A stretch of 64,000 nt of DNA from Nitrospiraceae bacterium. GTDB taxonomy: Bacteria > Nitrospirota > Nitrospiria > Nitrospirales > Nitrospiraceae. The notes below the pieces were generated by a model. It saw only the letters and a list, made by a program, of their open reading frames with translations. It had not been told where the DNA came from and made no database searches. The translations under genes and the position numbers were made by a program. The DNA lies in contig DATFFC010000088.1 in NCBI GenBank assembly GCA_035250505.1, positions 953-64,952 on the forward strand. Reading direction: 5' to 3'. Below are positions 51,805 to 62,496 of this stretch, in pieces; the stretch's first letter is position 1; every line of letters starts with the position of its first letter.

Positions 51805-54402
51805 ATGGATATGAACCGGATGACCGTGAAACTGCAGGAAGCGCTGCAGGCCGCCTCCGCGCAGGCGATGCGCCGCAGCCACCAAGGCATCGACGCCGAA
51901 CATCTGCTCCTGGCCCTGCTCGAACAAGAAGGGGGCCTGGCGCCGGCGTTGCTCGACCAGTCCGGCCTCTCCGCCTCTGCGGTACGGCAGGCGGCCGACC
52001 AGGCTCTTGCCAAGGTGCCGCAAATACAAGGACCAGGCGCCGCGCCCGGCCAGATTCATCTCACCCCTCGTCTGGCGAAGATCCTCACCAGATCCGAAGA
52101 GATCATGAAGGAATTGAAAGACGAGTTCATCAGTGTCGAGCATGTCCTGCTCGCCATGGTGGAGGATGGAGGAGTCTTCCGGCGGCTGAATTTGACCAAG
52201 GACCGCCTGCTTGCCGCACTGCAGCAAGTACGGGGTAATCAGCGCGTCACCAATCAGGACCCCGAAGGCACCTACCAGTCGCTCGAAAAATATGGCCGCG
52301 ATCTGACCAGACTGGCGGCGCAAGGCAAACTCGATCCGGTCATCGGCCGCGATGATGAAATCAGGCGCGTGATCCAGATCCTGTCCCGGCGAACGAAGAA
52401 CAATCCCGTTCTGATCGGCGAGCCGGGCGTCGGGAAGACCGCCATCGTCGAAGGTCTCGCCCAACGCATCGTCAAGGGAGATGTGCCGGACGGCCTGAAA
52501 CAGAAGCGGTTGATCGTCCTCGACATGGGGGCCCTCGTGGCGGGCGCGAAGTTTCGCGGCGAATTTGAAGAGCGCTTGAAAGCGGTTTTGAAGGAAGTGC
52601 AGGCGGCTCAGGGCCAGATCCTGATGTTCATCGACGAGTTGCACACGGTTGTCGGCGCCGGCGCCGCGGAAGGCGCGATGGACGCGGCCAATCTGCTGAA
52701 GCCGCTGCTGGCCCGCGGCGAACTGCACCTCATCGGCGCCACGACGTTGGATGAATATCGGAAACATATCGAGAAGGATGCCGCGTTGGAGCGTCGCTTT
52801 CAGACCGTGCTGGTGGAGCAACCCACGGTCGAGAACACCATTTCGATCCTCCGTGGTTTGAAAGAACGGTATGAAGTGCACCATGGCGTGCGGATTAAGG
52901 ATGCGGCCCTGGTGGCGGCGGCCAAGCTGTCTCACCGGTACATCAGCGATCGGTTTCTGCCGGATAAGGCGATCGATCTCGTGGACGAAGCAGCGGCTCG
53001 CCTGCGCACCGAAATAGACAGCCTGCCCGCGGAGCTGGACGAGGTCTCCCGCAAGGTCATGCAACTGGAGATCGAACGCGAGGCGCTCAAGAAGGAAAGC
53101 GATCAAGCCAGTCAGGCGCGCTTGGCCACCATCGAAAAAGAATTGGCCGGGCGGAATACCGATTTGCAGGTGCTCAAAGCCCGATGGGAATCGGAAAAGG
53201 CGTCGGTGGCGAAACTGCGCAAGACCCGGCAACATATCGAAGAGGTGAAACGCCTGATCGAACAGGCGGAACGGGCATACGACCTGAATAAGGTCGCGGA
53301 GCTGCGCTACGGCGAGCTCCCTAAGTTGGAGCGGGAACTGGAGTTGGAAGTCCAGCACCTCGACAAGAAGCAGGGGGAACGGCGTCTCTTGAAAGAAGAG
53401 GTGGACGAGGACGAGATCGCGGCGATCGTCAGCCGCTGGACCGGCATCCCGGTGAGCCGGCTAGTTGAAGGAGAAATGGAGAAGCTGTTGAAGCTGGAGG
53501 AACTGCTCCATCAACGCGTCGTAGGCCAGGACGAAGCGGTGACCGCCGTGGCCGACGCGATCGTGCGGGCCCGGTCCGGCATCAAAGATCCGAATCGGCC
53601 GATCGGCTCGTTTCTCTTTCTTGGACCGACCGGCGTCGGCAAAACGGAATTGGCCCGCGCGTTGGCCGCGACCCTCTTCGATGACGAGGGCAACCTGATC
53701 CGCATCGACATGTCCGAATACATGGAGAAACATACCGTCGCGCGCTTGATCGGCGCCCCGCCCGGCTATGTGGGTTACGAAGAAGGCGGGCAGCTGACCG
53801 AAGCCGTGCGCCGGCATCCTTTTTCGGTCATCCTGTTCGACGAGATCGAAAAAGCGCATCACGACGTCTTCAACATTTTGCTGCAGGTATTGGACGACGG
53901 CCGGCTGACGGACTCGCAGGGTCGCACCGTCGATTTCAAGAACACCGTGCTCATCATGACGTCGAATATCGGCAGCCAGCAGATTTTTGAATCTCAGCAG
54001 GCCGGCGTGTCCTATGATCGGATGCGGAGCGTCGTGACCGCCGAGTTGCGCACGCATTTCCGGCCGGAGTTTCTCAATCGGGTCGACGAGATCGTCGTCT
54101 TCCATCCTCTGGCGGAAGAGCAGCTCGCGAGAATCGTCGAGATCCAACTCGAGCGATTACGCAAGCGATTGGCCGAACGTCGAATCACGCTGGCCGTCAC
54201 CCCCGCCGCACTCCGGAGTCTCGGACAACGCGGCTATGACCCGACCTATGGCGCGCGGCCGTTGAAGCGGCTGATTCAGCAGGAGATCGAAACACCGATC
54301 GCCCGCCAGCTGATCAAGGGCGAACTGCGGGATGGGGAAACCGCAGCGGTGGACGTCAAGGACGGCCATACGGTCATCGTCCCGACGCTGACGACTCACT
54401 GA
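51805..54402 (+). CDS. clpB: ATP-dependent disaggregase ClpB
   Basis: 865 aa. It has the Clp N-domain, two AAA+ modules (GEPGVGKT; GPTGVGKT), and a long coiled-coil M-domain between them. Confidence 0.97.
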   Translation: MDMNRMTVKLQEALQAASAQAMRRSHQGIDAEHLLLALLEQEGGLAPALLDQSGLSASAVRQAADQALAKVPQIQGPGAAPGQIHLTPRLAKILTRSEEIMKELKDEFISVEHVLLAMVEDGGVFRRLNLTKDRLLAALQQVRGNQRVTNQDPEGTYQSLEKYGRDLTRLAAQGKLDPVIGRDDEIRRVIQILSRRTKNNPVLIGEPGVGKTAIVEGLAQRIVKGDVPDGLKQKRLIVLDMGALVAGAKFRGEFEERLKAVLKEVQAAQGQILMFIDELHTVVGAGAAEGAMDAANLLKPLLARGELHLIGATTLDEYRKHIEKDAALERRFQTVLVEQPTVENTISILRGLKERYEVHHGVRIKDAALVAAAKLSHRYISDRFLPDKAIDLVDEAAARLRTEIDSLPAELDEVSRKVMQLEIEREALKKESDQASQARLATIEKELAGRNTDLQVLKARWESEKASVAKLRKTRQHIEEVKRLIEQAERAYDLNKVAELRYGELPKLERELELEVQHLDKKQGERRLLKEEVDEDEIAAIVSRWTGIPVSRLVEGEMEKLLKLEELLHQRVVGQDEAVTAVADAIVRARSGIKDPNRPIGSFLFLGPTGVGKTELARALAATLFDDEGNLIRIDMSEYMEKHTVARLIGAPPGYVGYEEGGQLTEAVRRHPFSVILFDEIEKAHHDVFNILLQVLDDGRLTDSQGRTVDFKNTVLIMTSNIGSQQIFESQQAGVSYDRMRSVVTAELRTHFRPEFLNRVDEIVVFHPLAEEQLARIVEIQLERLRKRLAERRITLAVTPAALRSLGQRGYDPTYGARPLKRLIQQEIETPIARQLIKGELRDGETAAVDVKDGHTVIVPTLTTH

Positions 54403-54441
54403 CAATCGATACACAGGGCCGGCGCTGCCCCATCAGCAGCC

Positions 54442-54867
54442 TCAATTGACCTGGACGGCGCCGCCCTTCGCGTCGGTATCGCCGCCGCTGACCCGGCGTT
54501 TGTCGAGCCGATAGTCGGTAGGGGTCACTTCGAGGATGTGGCCCTTGATGGTGTGAAACGTACCCCGGTTGAATACCACCCTGTCGCCCTCTTTCGCTTC
54601 AATCGAGAACACGATCGTACCGGTCTCGGTATGCTTCAATGACACCCCGGCGGCCGTCTTGGACAATTCATAAGCCCGCCGCTCGTTAAACGTCAGATTG
54701 CTGTCCACCACCTTGGCCATCATCCGTCCCGTCCCGTCGAACAACGCAAAGGTGACCAGCGGCGGCCCACCGGTCTTGCGCACCGCCACTTCCAATTGAC
54801 GCATACCTTCGATGTCGATGGTGCCGTCGGAATTCCGATACAAGTTCGAGCCGATTTCAATATCCAT
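54442..54867 (-). CDS. hypothetical protein
   Basis: 141 aa from ATG 54867, with an AGGAGAG RBS 8 nt upstream. It looks like a soluble beta-rich protein, and I recognised no family. Confidence 0.45.
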   Translation of the reverse strand: MDIEIGSNLYRNSDGTIDIEGMRQLEVAVRKTGGPPLVTFALFDGTGRMMAKVVDSNLTFNERRAYELSKTAAGVSLKHTETGTIVFSIEAKEGDRVVFNRGTFHTIKGHILEVTPTDYRLDKRRVSGGDTDAKGGAVQVN

Positions 54868-54902
54868 GCGTTCATCTCTCCTACGTTGAACGATAATGCC
54901 GG

Positions 54903-55148
54903 CTATGCTTTCTTGATACGATCCAGGATCAAGGCGATGCAACCCCCGAGTAAGCCGCCCCCGAGGATGGTCGTCATGAGTTCCACTAGTTTCAATTCCC
55001 AGACCGATCCTTGCGCCTGCATCACCTCACGAATGCCCCCTTGCAGCATAATGACGGCCAAGGCCATCGTCGCCCCGACCAGAAACCACCACATGAAGAC
55101 TTTCATGGCATGCATGGCGACGCCGGACCGTTCTTCACTCCTCCGCAA
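54903..55148 (-). CDS. small two-TM membrane protein
   Basis: MKVFMWWFLVGATMALAVIML ... TTILGGGLLGGCIALILD. The start is uncertain. Confidence 0.4.
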   Translation of the reverse strand: MRRSEERSGVAMHAMKVFMWWFLVGATMALAVIMLQGGIREVMQAQGSVWELKLVELMTTILGGGLLGGCIALILDRIKKA

Positions 55149-55171
55149 GTTCTGCGATCCTCCGCGACCGG

Positions 55172-56701
55172 CTAATAGTCCATTCGCCGGTCAAAACTCC
55201 GATACTGAATCGCCTCCGCCACATGCGCCGCCACAATCGTCTCCGACCCAGCGAGATCGGCAATGGTGCGCGCCACGCGCAGAATCCTTCCGTGTGCACG
55301 GGCGGATAAGCCCAGCTTCATCATGGCCTGTTCGAGGAGGTCTCGTCCGGCCCCGTCCGGCGTGCAATATTTTCTAAGCAAGCGCGGGCCGATTTGAGCA
55401 TTGGTGACCAGACCCTCTTTCTTGTACCGTTCGGCTTGCCGGGAACGGGCGCCGATCACTCTCCCGCCGATCACGGCGGACGGTTCCGCCGGGGGCCCAT
55501 CGTCCCTCAAGTCCCGCGGCGCCACCGCCGGGACCTCGAGATGAATATCCAACCGATCCATGAGCGGACCGGACAAACGCCCTCGATAGCGACGAACCTG
55601 GGTCGGCGAACAGACGCAGTCCCTCGATCGATCGCCGTAATACCCGCAGGGACAGGGATTCATGGCGGCCACGAGCATGAATCGAGCCGGATAGCGAAGG
55701 GACCCGCTGACTCTGGTCACCGTGACGGTTCCCTGCTCCAACGGTTGACGGAGTCCGTCCAGCACCGATCGGTGGAACTCCGCTGCCTCGTCGAGAAAGA
55801 GCACGCCGTTGTGGGCGAATGAGACTTCCCCAGGCTTCGGGATGGTCCCGCCGCCGATCAGTCCGGCATCCGAGATCGTATGGTGAGGAGCGCGGAAGGG
55901 ACGCGCCGTGAGTAATGGGCGTCCCGCTTCGAGTTGCCCGGCCACGCTGTAAATGCGACTCGTCTCCAGCGCTTCATCCGGCTGGAGCGGCGGGAGAATG
56001 GTGCGAAGCCGCTGCGCCAGCATTGTCTTGCCGGACCCCGGCGGACCGATCATCAAGATGTTATGGCCGCCGGCGGCGGCAACCTCGAGAGCCCGCTTGG
56101 CATATTCCTGCCCACGAGCATCGGAAAAATCCTCGTCACTCGACGAGCCGACGGCGCTATACGCCGCTCGGTCCACCACGGTCGGCGAGATCGGGCGTTC
56201 TCCGCGCAGGAATTCGACCGCTTCCGGCAACGTATGGACGGGATACACCGGTGCTCGATCGGCCAGCGCCGCCTCTTCTGCATTCTCCACCGGCACGAGC
56301 AGGCTGTGACTCGGCCGGCAGGCCAGCCCAATCGAGAGGGCGCCGCTGACCGGCTTCACGCGTCCGTCCAACGATAGTTCGCCGACGAGCACGCGCTGCG
56401 TCACGGCTTCGGCGGGAAGCACCTCCTCGGCAACCAGAATGGCCAGCGCGATCGCGAGATCCAAGCCGGATCCTTCCTTTTTCACGCCGGCGGGAGCGAG
56501 GTTCACCGTGATCTTCTTGACAGGAAATTGGAATCCGCTGTTCTTCAACGCGGCTCTGACGCGGTCGCGGCTTTCCCGGACCGTCGTATCCGGCAGGCCT
56601 ACCACGGAAAACTGGGGGAGTCCGCCCGAAATATCGACTTCGACGTCGATCAAATAGGCCTCCAAGCCGACGATGGCCGCACTGAACACTTTCGCCAACA
56701 A
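55172..56701 (-). CDS. comM: YifB/ComM-family Mg-chelatase-like AAA+ ATPase
   Basis: The N-terminal Lon-protease-like domain reads MLAKVFSAAIVGLEAYLIDVEVDISGGLPQFSVVGLPDTTVRESRDRV. Walker A is GPPGSGKT. FLDEAAEF and a C-terminal ChlI-like domain follow. Confidence 0.9.
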   Translation of the reverse strand: MLAKVFSAAIVGLEAYLIDVEVDISGGLPQFSVVGLPDTTVRESRDRVRAALKNSGFQFPVKKITVNLAPAGVKKEGSGLDLAIALAILVAEEVLPAEAVTQRVLVGELSLDGRVKPVSGALSIGLACRPSHSLLVPVENAEEAALADRAPVYPVHTLPEAVEFLRGERPISPTVVDRAAYSAVGSSSDEDFSDARGQEYAKRALEVAAAGGHNILMIGPPGSGKTMLAQRLRTILPPLQPDEALETSRIYSVAGQLEAGRPLLTARPFRAPHHTISDAGLIGGGTIPKPGEVSFAHNGVLFLDEAAEFHRSVLDGLRQPLEQGTVTVTRVSGSLRYPARFMLVAAMNPCPCGYYGDRSRDCVCSPTQVRRYRGRLSGPLMDRLDIHLEVPAVAPRDLRDDGPPAEPSAVIGGRVIGARSRQAERYKKEGLVTNAQIGPRLLRKYCTPDGAGRDLLEQAMMKLGLSARAHGRILRVARTIADLAGSETIVAAHVAEAIQYRSFDRRMDY

Positions 56702-56856
56702 GGAGGCCTCAAAGAGAACGGTGAAGCGCGCGCGACGGCGCGTGTCAAATCGGGATTATAGGCAGCGGTTTCCGGCCTTTTCAACTGATCGATGGCACAG
56801 CGTAGCGCTCACCGCCTCGCCTCCGCGGCTGGTGTGACCTATCTGCCTTCTGTATA

Positions 56857-58476
56857 ATGCCGCGCATGCGCCTTTGGAGTCGTACCCGCCGGTGCATTCC
56901 TTTCTCTCCTGCCGCGCGATCTTTCACACCGGCAGCCGCGATCGTCTTGTCGTCTTCCTTCCTCTGGACGAGTCTGGTGTTGCCGGCGGAACCAAGCCGG
57001 CAAGGTGGGCTGTCGTGGGCAGGGCTTCAGGATACCGGGTCCTGGAGAACGGCTGCACCGGCGCCCACAAAACGGACCGAGGTCACAGCCGCTGCGGTGG
57101 CCGGCAAGCTGTACCTGATGGGCGGGTTCAGTGCGCCGAGCCTCCGCAATGTGTTGGACCTGGCGATCACCGACGTGGTTGAGGAATATGACACGGTCGC
57201 AGATCGGTGGAAAACCGTGGCCCCCATGCCGGCTAAGCTCCATCATGCGGGGGCGGTGGCGATCGGCGAGAGAGTCTACGTCGTGGGAGGATTTACCAAA
57301 GCGGTGTTATCCGTATGGCATCCGGTAGCCTCCCTCTATATCTATCATCCAGCCAGCGATACCTGGGTGGAAGGACCGCCGATGCCGACCGCACGGGGCG
57401 GCTTGGCCGTCGCGGAGCTGGACGGGCGTATCATTGCGGTGGGCGGGTACGGTGAGTCCGCCAATACCGGGGCGGTGGAACTGTACGACCCTCTTCAGAA
57501 ACAATGGGACACGCTTCCCTCGCTGCCCACGGCTCGCGATCATTTGGCGGTCGCTGTCTGGAATGGAAAGGTCTATGCCATCGGCGGACGCCTCGATCGC
57601 GACTACGGCAAGAATCTGACGACTGTGGAGGTCTACGATTCCCGAAGCGGGACATGGGTCAAGACGGCCGATCTCCCGACGGCTCGGAGCGGTATTACCG
57701 CCGGGATGATGGATGATGCCATTTATGTGTTAGGGGGTGAGAGTCCGGCCGGGACCTTCGCCGCCAACGAAGCCTATGACCCAACCACCGACCGCTGGAG
57801 CGCGATGGCCCCCATGCCGACCAGTCGACATGGACTCGGCTCGGCCGTCGTCGGTCACGAACTCTTCGTGGTGGCGGGAGGGCCTAAGCCGGGCGGGTCG
57901 TTCAGCGATACCAACGAGGTGTTCAGGCCGCCCGCCAAGCCGCATGCCGGCTTCTCATCTCTGGTCGCACAGCGGACTATCGACCAACCGTCCCCCGAGC
58001 ACCGGCCGCGAGCCACATCGCAACATGTCGGCTCGGTGATGGCCATGCTCGCGACATTCGACGAGGCCCACGTGCTGCCGCCGGAGGATTCTCCTCAGGC
58101 CAATCAGACCATCAAGGCGCTGATTCAATTCCAGTCGGCATTTCTGAAAAGTCGCAATCCGGCCGTCCGCGACTTCTTTGTCGCGGCGCAGCAGGCGAAG
58201 TTTGGTCCGAAGGCCGGGGACGTCGTGGCCGCGTTTCAACAAACCGGATGGACGTCCGCCGTCATGGAGGCATCGGTCGATTATGGAGCACAGGAGCGAG
58301 TCTGGCAGGACGGCACGCTGGCCGAGGGCTTGCGCGAATATAACGTGACCCGAGCAGATTTCGAATTGCTCGTTGGGCTGTTCCGACGAGCCAAGCAGCA
58401 CTTCCAAGCGCGAGGCGAGGACGTTCATCAAATCTATGCCGCTCGCCGTCGCGATATGCCCGGCGCGGCGTTTTGA
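56857..58476 (+). CDS. secreted Kelch-repeat protein with uncharacterised C-terminal domain
   Basis: It has a signal peptide, then six repeats of the Kelch type (G.LY..GG ... YDP....W...P.P..R). The C-terminal ~180 aa are helical and of no family I recognise. Confidence 0.75.
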   Translation: MPRMRLWSRTRRCIPFSPAARSFTPAAAIVLSSSFLWTSLVLPAEPSRQGGLSWAGLQDTGSWRTAAPAPTKRTEVTAAAVAGKLYLMGGFSAPSLRNVLDLAITDVVEEYDTVADRWKTVAPMPAKLHHAGAVAIGERVYVVGGFTKAVLSVWHPVASLYIYHPASDTWVEGPPMPTARGGLAVAELDGRIIAVGGYGESANTGAVELYDPLQKQWDTLPSLPTARDHLAVAVWNGKVYAIGGRLDRDYGKNLTTVEVYDSRSGTWVKTADLPTARSGITAGMMDDAIYVLGGESPAGTFAANEAYDPTTDRWSAMAPMPTSRHGLGSAVVGHELFVVAGGPKPGGSFSDTNEVFRPPAKPHAGFSSLVAQRTIDQPSPEHRPRATSQHVGSVMAMLATFDEAHVLPPEDSPQANQTIKALIQFQSAFLKSRNPAVRDFFVAAQQAKFGPKAGDVVAAFQQTGWTSAVMEASVDYGAQERVWQDGTLAEGLREYNVTRADFELLVGLFRRAKQHFQARGEDVHQIYAARRRDMPGAAF

Positions 58477-58517
58477 TTCCGGCCTTGCCGGCCCCACATT
58501 CGTCCAAGGAGGAGACC

Positions 58518-58754
58518 ATGGCGACGAAAGCGTACATCCTCATCAAGGTCAAGGCCGGCAAGACCAAGACCGTCATACAGTCGCTCAAGACCATCGCGGG
58601 CGTCGAGCAGGCAAACCCTTGCTTCGGTCAACCGGATATCTTCGTCTTTATCAATGTGGCGGACGAGCGGTCCCTCTCCGACATTGTGATCACCAAGATT
58701 CATGCGATCGACGGCGTCGAAGAAACCGACACCCACATCGTCGCGGAGACGTAA
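58518..58754 (+). CDS. stand-alone Lrp/AsnC ligand-binding (RAM) domain protein
   Basis: 78 aa. AYILIKVKAGKTKTVIQSLKTIAGVEQANPCFGQPDIFVFINVADERSLSDIVITKIHAIDGVEET. An AAGGAGGAG RBS lies upstream. Confidence 0.7.
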   Translation: MATKAYILIKVKAGKTKTVIQSLKTIAGVEQANPCFGQPDIFVFINVADERSLSDIVITKIHAIDGVEETDTHIVAET

Positions 58755-58765
58755 CAGCGGATGCA

Positions 58766-59746
58766 CTACCGGTATCGAACCATGACCGGCTCCCCATTCC
58801 GGCGAGCCGACTCATAACAGGCTTCGGCAATCTCCACGGCACGCTTTCCATCCTCTCCGGAAACGGCCGGCTCCGTCCCGTCGCGAACTGCACCGACGAA
58901 TGAGCGTAACGTCGCCACGATGGTCGGCGAGGGCTCAACGTGCCATTCTCTGGGGGGGAGAGATGCCGCGACAAGCCTGAGTCGGCGGCATTGCCAATCC
59001 GCTTCAAGCTGTCCTTCCGTCCCGATCACTTCCACGCGGCCGACCCGGCCGGACGACACGCGCGAGATGTCGAGGAGCGCCCAGCGACCCCCTGCCAACC
59101 GAAGCCAGGCGAACACTCGGGACTCGGCCGCTGCAGGAGGGACTGCATCCATCACACATCGCACCTCTACGACTTCGTCGCCCATCATGAATCTCACCAA
59201 ATCGAGCAGGTGCACACCGATCTCCAATGAAATGCCCCGGCCGCCGAACGCCGGCGACGCCGGTGAGCCTGAGCCTGGCTCCATTCGCAACGTGAGACTC
59301 AAATAAAGCGGCGAGCCGATCTCATGGCGATGAGCTTGGCAAGCCAGGATCGCGGGGTCAAACCGCAAGGTTTGCGCGGTCATGAGTGTGATGCCGGCGT
59401 CCCGTGCCGCCTGCACCATCGCCGATGCATCGGTCGCAGTCGTAGCCAGCGGTTTCTCAATCAAGAGGGGCTTCTTGGCGTGAACGGCCGCGAGGCAGAT
59501 GTCCCGATTGATCGACGGCGGCGTCACCGCGATCACGGCGTCGACGTTCGGATCCTCGATCAGTTGCCGGTAATCGGTATAACAGGGAATCGCGGGTCCC
59601 GTGGCCGGAGTCACGGTTTCCGTTCGTCGACATACCGCCACCAACTTGGCCTCCGTGAGGTCCTCGATATGGCGGATATACCGCATGCCGTGGCGACCCA
59701 TCCCGATTAATCCCAGTCGCAACGGCCTCTCTCGTTCACATTGCAT
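58766..59746 (-). CDS. Gfo/Idh/MocA-family NAD(P)-dependent oxidoreductase
   Basis: It has an N-terminal Rossmann motif (LRLGLIGMGRHG) and EKPLA. Confidence 0.8.
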   Translation of the reverse strand: MQCERERPLRLGLIGMGRHGMRYIRHIEDLTEAKLVAVCRRTETVTPATGPAIPCYTDYRQLIEDPNVDAVIAVTPPSINRDICLAAVHAKKPLLIEKPLATTATDASAMVQAARDAGITLMTAQTLRFDPAILACQAHRHEIGSPLYLSLTLRMEPGSGSPASPAFGGRGISLEIGVHLLDLVRFMMGDEVVEVRCVMDAVPPAAAESRVFAWLRLAGGRWALLDISRVSSGRVGRVEVIGTEGQLEADWQCRRLRLVAASLPPREWHVEPSPTIVATLRSFVGAVRDGTEPAVSGEDGKRAVEIAEACYESARRNGEPVMVRYR

Positions 59747-59903
59747 GATGGAGGGGCACTGTACCGGGGGCCGCGGATACGGTCAACCCGCCGCCCTGAG
59801 AGATGTGCGCCTACGGTTGATTGACAAGGGATTTCCGGCCTCCCTATAGTGTGGACAGAGGTCGCCATGTCGGTCGGCCCACCATTTTTATTATCGAGAG
59901 GAC

Positions 59904-60710
59904 ATGCCTGTTATGACCACCCAGACCCCGCCCTTCACCATGCAGCAGATCGGCACAGGCACCGCTCGATTTCCCAGTGGCGCCGCCATCCCGACGGCGA
60001 CCGACGCGGCAGTGGACCCCTATAGCCGCACCAAAATCTCCAAGCATGTCCAGGTCGAATGCCTGCAATTTTGGCCGCAGGAAAAAGGCACCTATCCCGG
60101 CATTGTCCTGCTGCACGAATGGTGGGGACTCAATGCGCAGATCAAGGATTTGGGTGCCAGATTGGCCTGTGAAGGGTATGGCGTGATCATTCCGAACCTC
60201 TATGGGCGGTTGGGCGGTATGGTGACGGCGAGCGCCGACGTCGCCGAAGCGTTGATGGCGAAAATCAAGGAACCCGATTTGCTGCAAGACATTAATTCCT
60301 GCTGTGAGTTTCTGAACACGCACGAGTACATCAAACGGAACGTCCATGGCGTCATGGGATTCGGGATGGGCGGCTCGTTGGCCCTCCGCTTCGCCTGTCA
60401 GCGCAAGCGCCTGCGCACGGCCGTCTGCTTCTATGGTCGAGTCGAACCAAGCCAAGAAGTCCTGAAGGACCTGTACTGTCCCGTCCTGTATCATCACGCA
60501 GGACTGGACACATGGGTCGGCGACGAAGAGGTCCGGCTACTCGAATCCGCCGCGACATCCTTCGGTAAACGCGTCGACATCCGCAGGTATCCCGAAGCTC
60601 AGCATGCCTTCATGAACGAAACCAGGCCCGCTTCCTTCAACGAAGCGGCCGCGTCTTCCGCGTGGGATGCGAGCGTCGCCTTCCTGAAACAATGCTTCCA
60701 AGGAATCTGA
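59904..60710 (+). CDS. dienelactone hydrolase-family protein
   Basis: GIVLLHEWWGLN ... GVMGFGMGGSLAL (nucleophile elbow) ... YPEAQHAF. Confidence 0.8.
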   Translation: MPVMTTQTPPFTMQQIGTGTARFPSGAAIPTATDAAVDPYSRTKISKHVQVECLQFWPQEKGTYPGIVLLHEWWGLNAQIKDLGARLACEGYGVIIPNLYGRLGGMVTASADVAEALMAKIKEPDLLQDINSCCEFLNTHEYIKRNVHGVMGFGMGGSLALRFACQRKRLRTAVCFYGRVEPSQEVLKDLYCPVLYHHAGLDTWVGDEEVRLLESAATSFGKRVDIRRYPEAQHAFMNETRPASFNEAAASSAWDASVAFLKQCFQGI

Positions 60711-61906
60711 TCGGTTCTAACCCGGTGCGGTTTTGTCGACGCCTGCTTTGTGGGACAGGACTGCTCTCTGCTCTGTTGGGACCGGCGTTCTGGTCCGCCG
60801 ACCTGGTCGGTGCCGCTTCAACCGCCTCAACCATCGAAGCTCAGCCCGCGGCATTGGCCGGCACCATGCCCGACTGGACGAAGATCCGGGCGACCGCCGC
60901 ATCCGTGATGGACAAGCCGGCCGCGGGAACCGATCCATTGGTCTATTTCATTGATCCGCTCGGTCGCCAGCTCGGCTTTCCCGACGCCGTGTCGACATTG
61001 GCCGCAAAGAAGCTTCCCCCGGCGCTGGCTGCAGAGCTTGGAGTCGCGGAACTGGCCGAAACCGCCCGGCATCTGATCCGGAGCCTCGTGGGTTGGAATA
61101 TCGCAAGGGCAATACGGGAGTTGGCCTCGGCCACCGATGAGGCGGAGATCGACCGACTCGGCCGACACATCGCAGACCAAGCCGCCTGGCTGACCCCAGA
61201 AACGGAGGGAGGCGCCGCACGCTTCATCCTGGCATCCATTCCGGCATTGAAATCCACCGCGGCGGAGGCCGGCGCCTTGGACGAGGCAGCCTATCGTGAC
61301 TATGCGGCCGTGCTGGACGCCAAGTACCCGATGCAGCCGAGCAATCTCGATTCGTGGTTGGCAATCCTCGAAACGAACGGAATCGAAGCTTGGCATGATC
61401 GCTTGAGGGCCGGAATGGACGGGAAAACCTTTGATCCGCAGGATTTCCAAGTCATGGCCGGCCGCTACATCACATCCCGGTTGCAACCCCTGCTCCGGCT
61501 GCGCTTGGCTCAACAAGGCAGTGAACTCGAGACGTGGGCCGCTCAACGCGCCTACCAAGATTGGGTGAGCCTTTCCGGGTGGAAAGATTCCGTCCGGCTT
61601 CGCCGGGGTTTGGCCCGGCTTTGCGGGTCATGGCAATGGACCATCCACAATCATCAGAATCATGGAGAGCAGAAACTGACTGTGAACTTCCCGGCTTCCG
61701 GTTCCGGGCAGGATCACGCAGGTCCGGCAGAGATCGTGGTATTAGGAGACTCGGTCTATCTCCGGTGGGAAGCAGGCGGGAGGGTCCAAGAAGACAGCCT
61801 GTTGCTGTCCAAAGAAGGGCAGCGCTTGGAGGGTAGCTTCGTCAACAACATGGGAGGCTGGGGCTCGATCACCGGAAAACGGACCGCCGGGTGTCCTAGG
61901 AAATAG
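60692..61906 (+). CDS. secreted hypothetical protein
   Basis: It has a signal-like N-terminus (LLCGTGLLSALLGPAFWSA), and I recognised no family. The start is uncertain (60662 or 60692). Confidence 0.5.
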   Translation: MLPRNLIGSNPVRFCRRLLCGTGLLSALLGPAFWSADLVGAASTASTIEAQPAALAGTMPDWTKIRATAASVMDKPAAGTDPLVYFIDPLGRQLGFPDAVSTLAAKKLPPALAAELGVAELAETARHLIRSLVGWNIARAIRELASATDEAEIDRLGRHIADQAAWLTPETEGGAARFILASIPALKSTAAEAGALDEAAYRDYAAVLDAKYPMQPSNLDSWLAILETNGIEAWHDRLRAGMDGKTFDPQDFQVMAGRYITSRLQPLLRLRLAQQGSELETWAAQRAYQDWVSLSGWKDSVRLRRGLARLCGSWQWTIHNHQNHGEQKLTVNFPASGSGQDHAGPAEIVVLGDSVYLRWEAGGRVQEDSLLLSKEGQRLEGSFVNNMGGWGSITGKRTAGCPRK

Positions 61907-61927
61907 CGCAGCGCGTCTGGATGACAC

Positions 61928-62317
61928 TCAATCTTCCTTGAGTCTGCGCCATTCGGTCCAGGCCAGCAGGGCCCAGCCGCTGAGAAAGGCCAGGCCTCCC
62001 AGAGGTGTAAGGGCTCCCGCCCAGGGAACACCCAGCGCCGCCACAACGTACAGGCTTCCGCTGAATAGGACGATGCCCAGGCAGAATAGCCATCCGACAC
62101 GGATAAGACGAGCATCCGGCGTTTGGTGCAGCTGCCAACCGACGACGACCAACGCCAAGGCGTGATACATTTGATACTTGGCTGCGGTTTCATAGACGGC
62201 CAACCGGCCGGGGTCCAGGACACTCTTGAGCGCATGGGCGCCGAATGCTCCTGCCGCCACGGAAAGAAACGCGCAGACCGACCCGATCACCATGAGATGC
62301 ATCGCCGATTTTTTCAT
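61928..62317 (-). CDS. DUF423-family membrane protein
   Basis: 129 aa from ATG 62317. AAGAFGAHALK ... YETAAKYQMYHALAL ... LFSGSLY is the DUF423 (YgdD) pattern. Confidence 0.8.
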   Translation of the reverse strand: MKKSAMHLMVIGSVCAFLSVAAGAFGAHALKSVLDPGRLAVYETAAKYQMYHALALVVVGWQLHQTPDARLIRVGWLFCLGIVLFSGSLYVVAALGVPWAGALTPLGGLAFLSGWALLAWTEWRRLKED

Positions 62318-62496
62318 ATCGACCAGTCCCCTCCTCTGCCGCAACGCTTTATTCGGCGCGCATTGTAGCATGGCTGCGACAGGGAACCGAGGGAACGGTG
62401 AGACACGATTGAAATGGTCGCGGAAGCCGACTGTCTCATGCGGGCAGCACCCGATGACATGTTCCGGTTGACGATCCTGCAAGCTGCTGAAGAACT

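Noticed and set aside
51763-53358. 531-aa ORF antisense to clpB. Similar long antisense ORFs occur at 47124-48692, 18697-20001, 5613-6674, 10558-11565, 27113-28057 and 42995-43705.
   Set aside because: In each case the opposite strand encodes a highly recognisable protein (ClpB, an NtrC-type EBP, FliM/FliN, FlgG/FlgA, FlhG, REC-FliH, kynureninase). The antisense translations are Arg/Gly/His/Pro-rich and low in complexity, as expected for stop-poor frames in GC-rich DNA.
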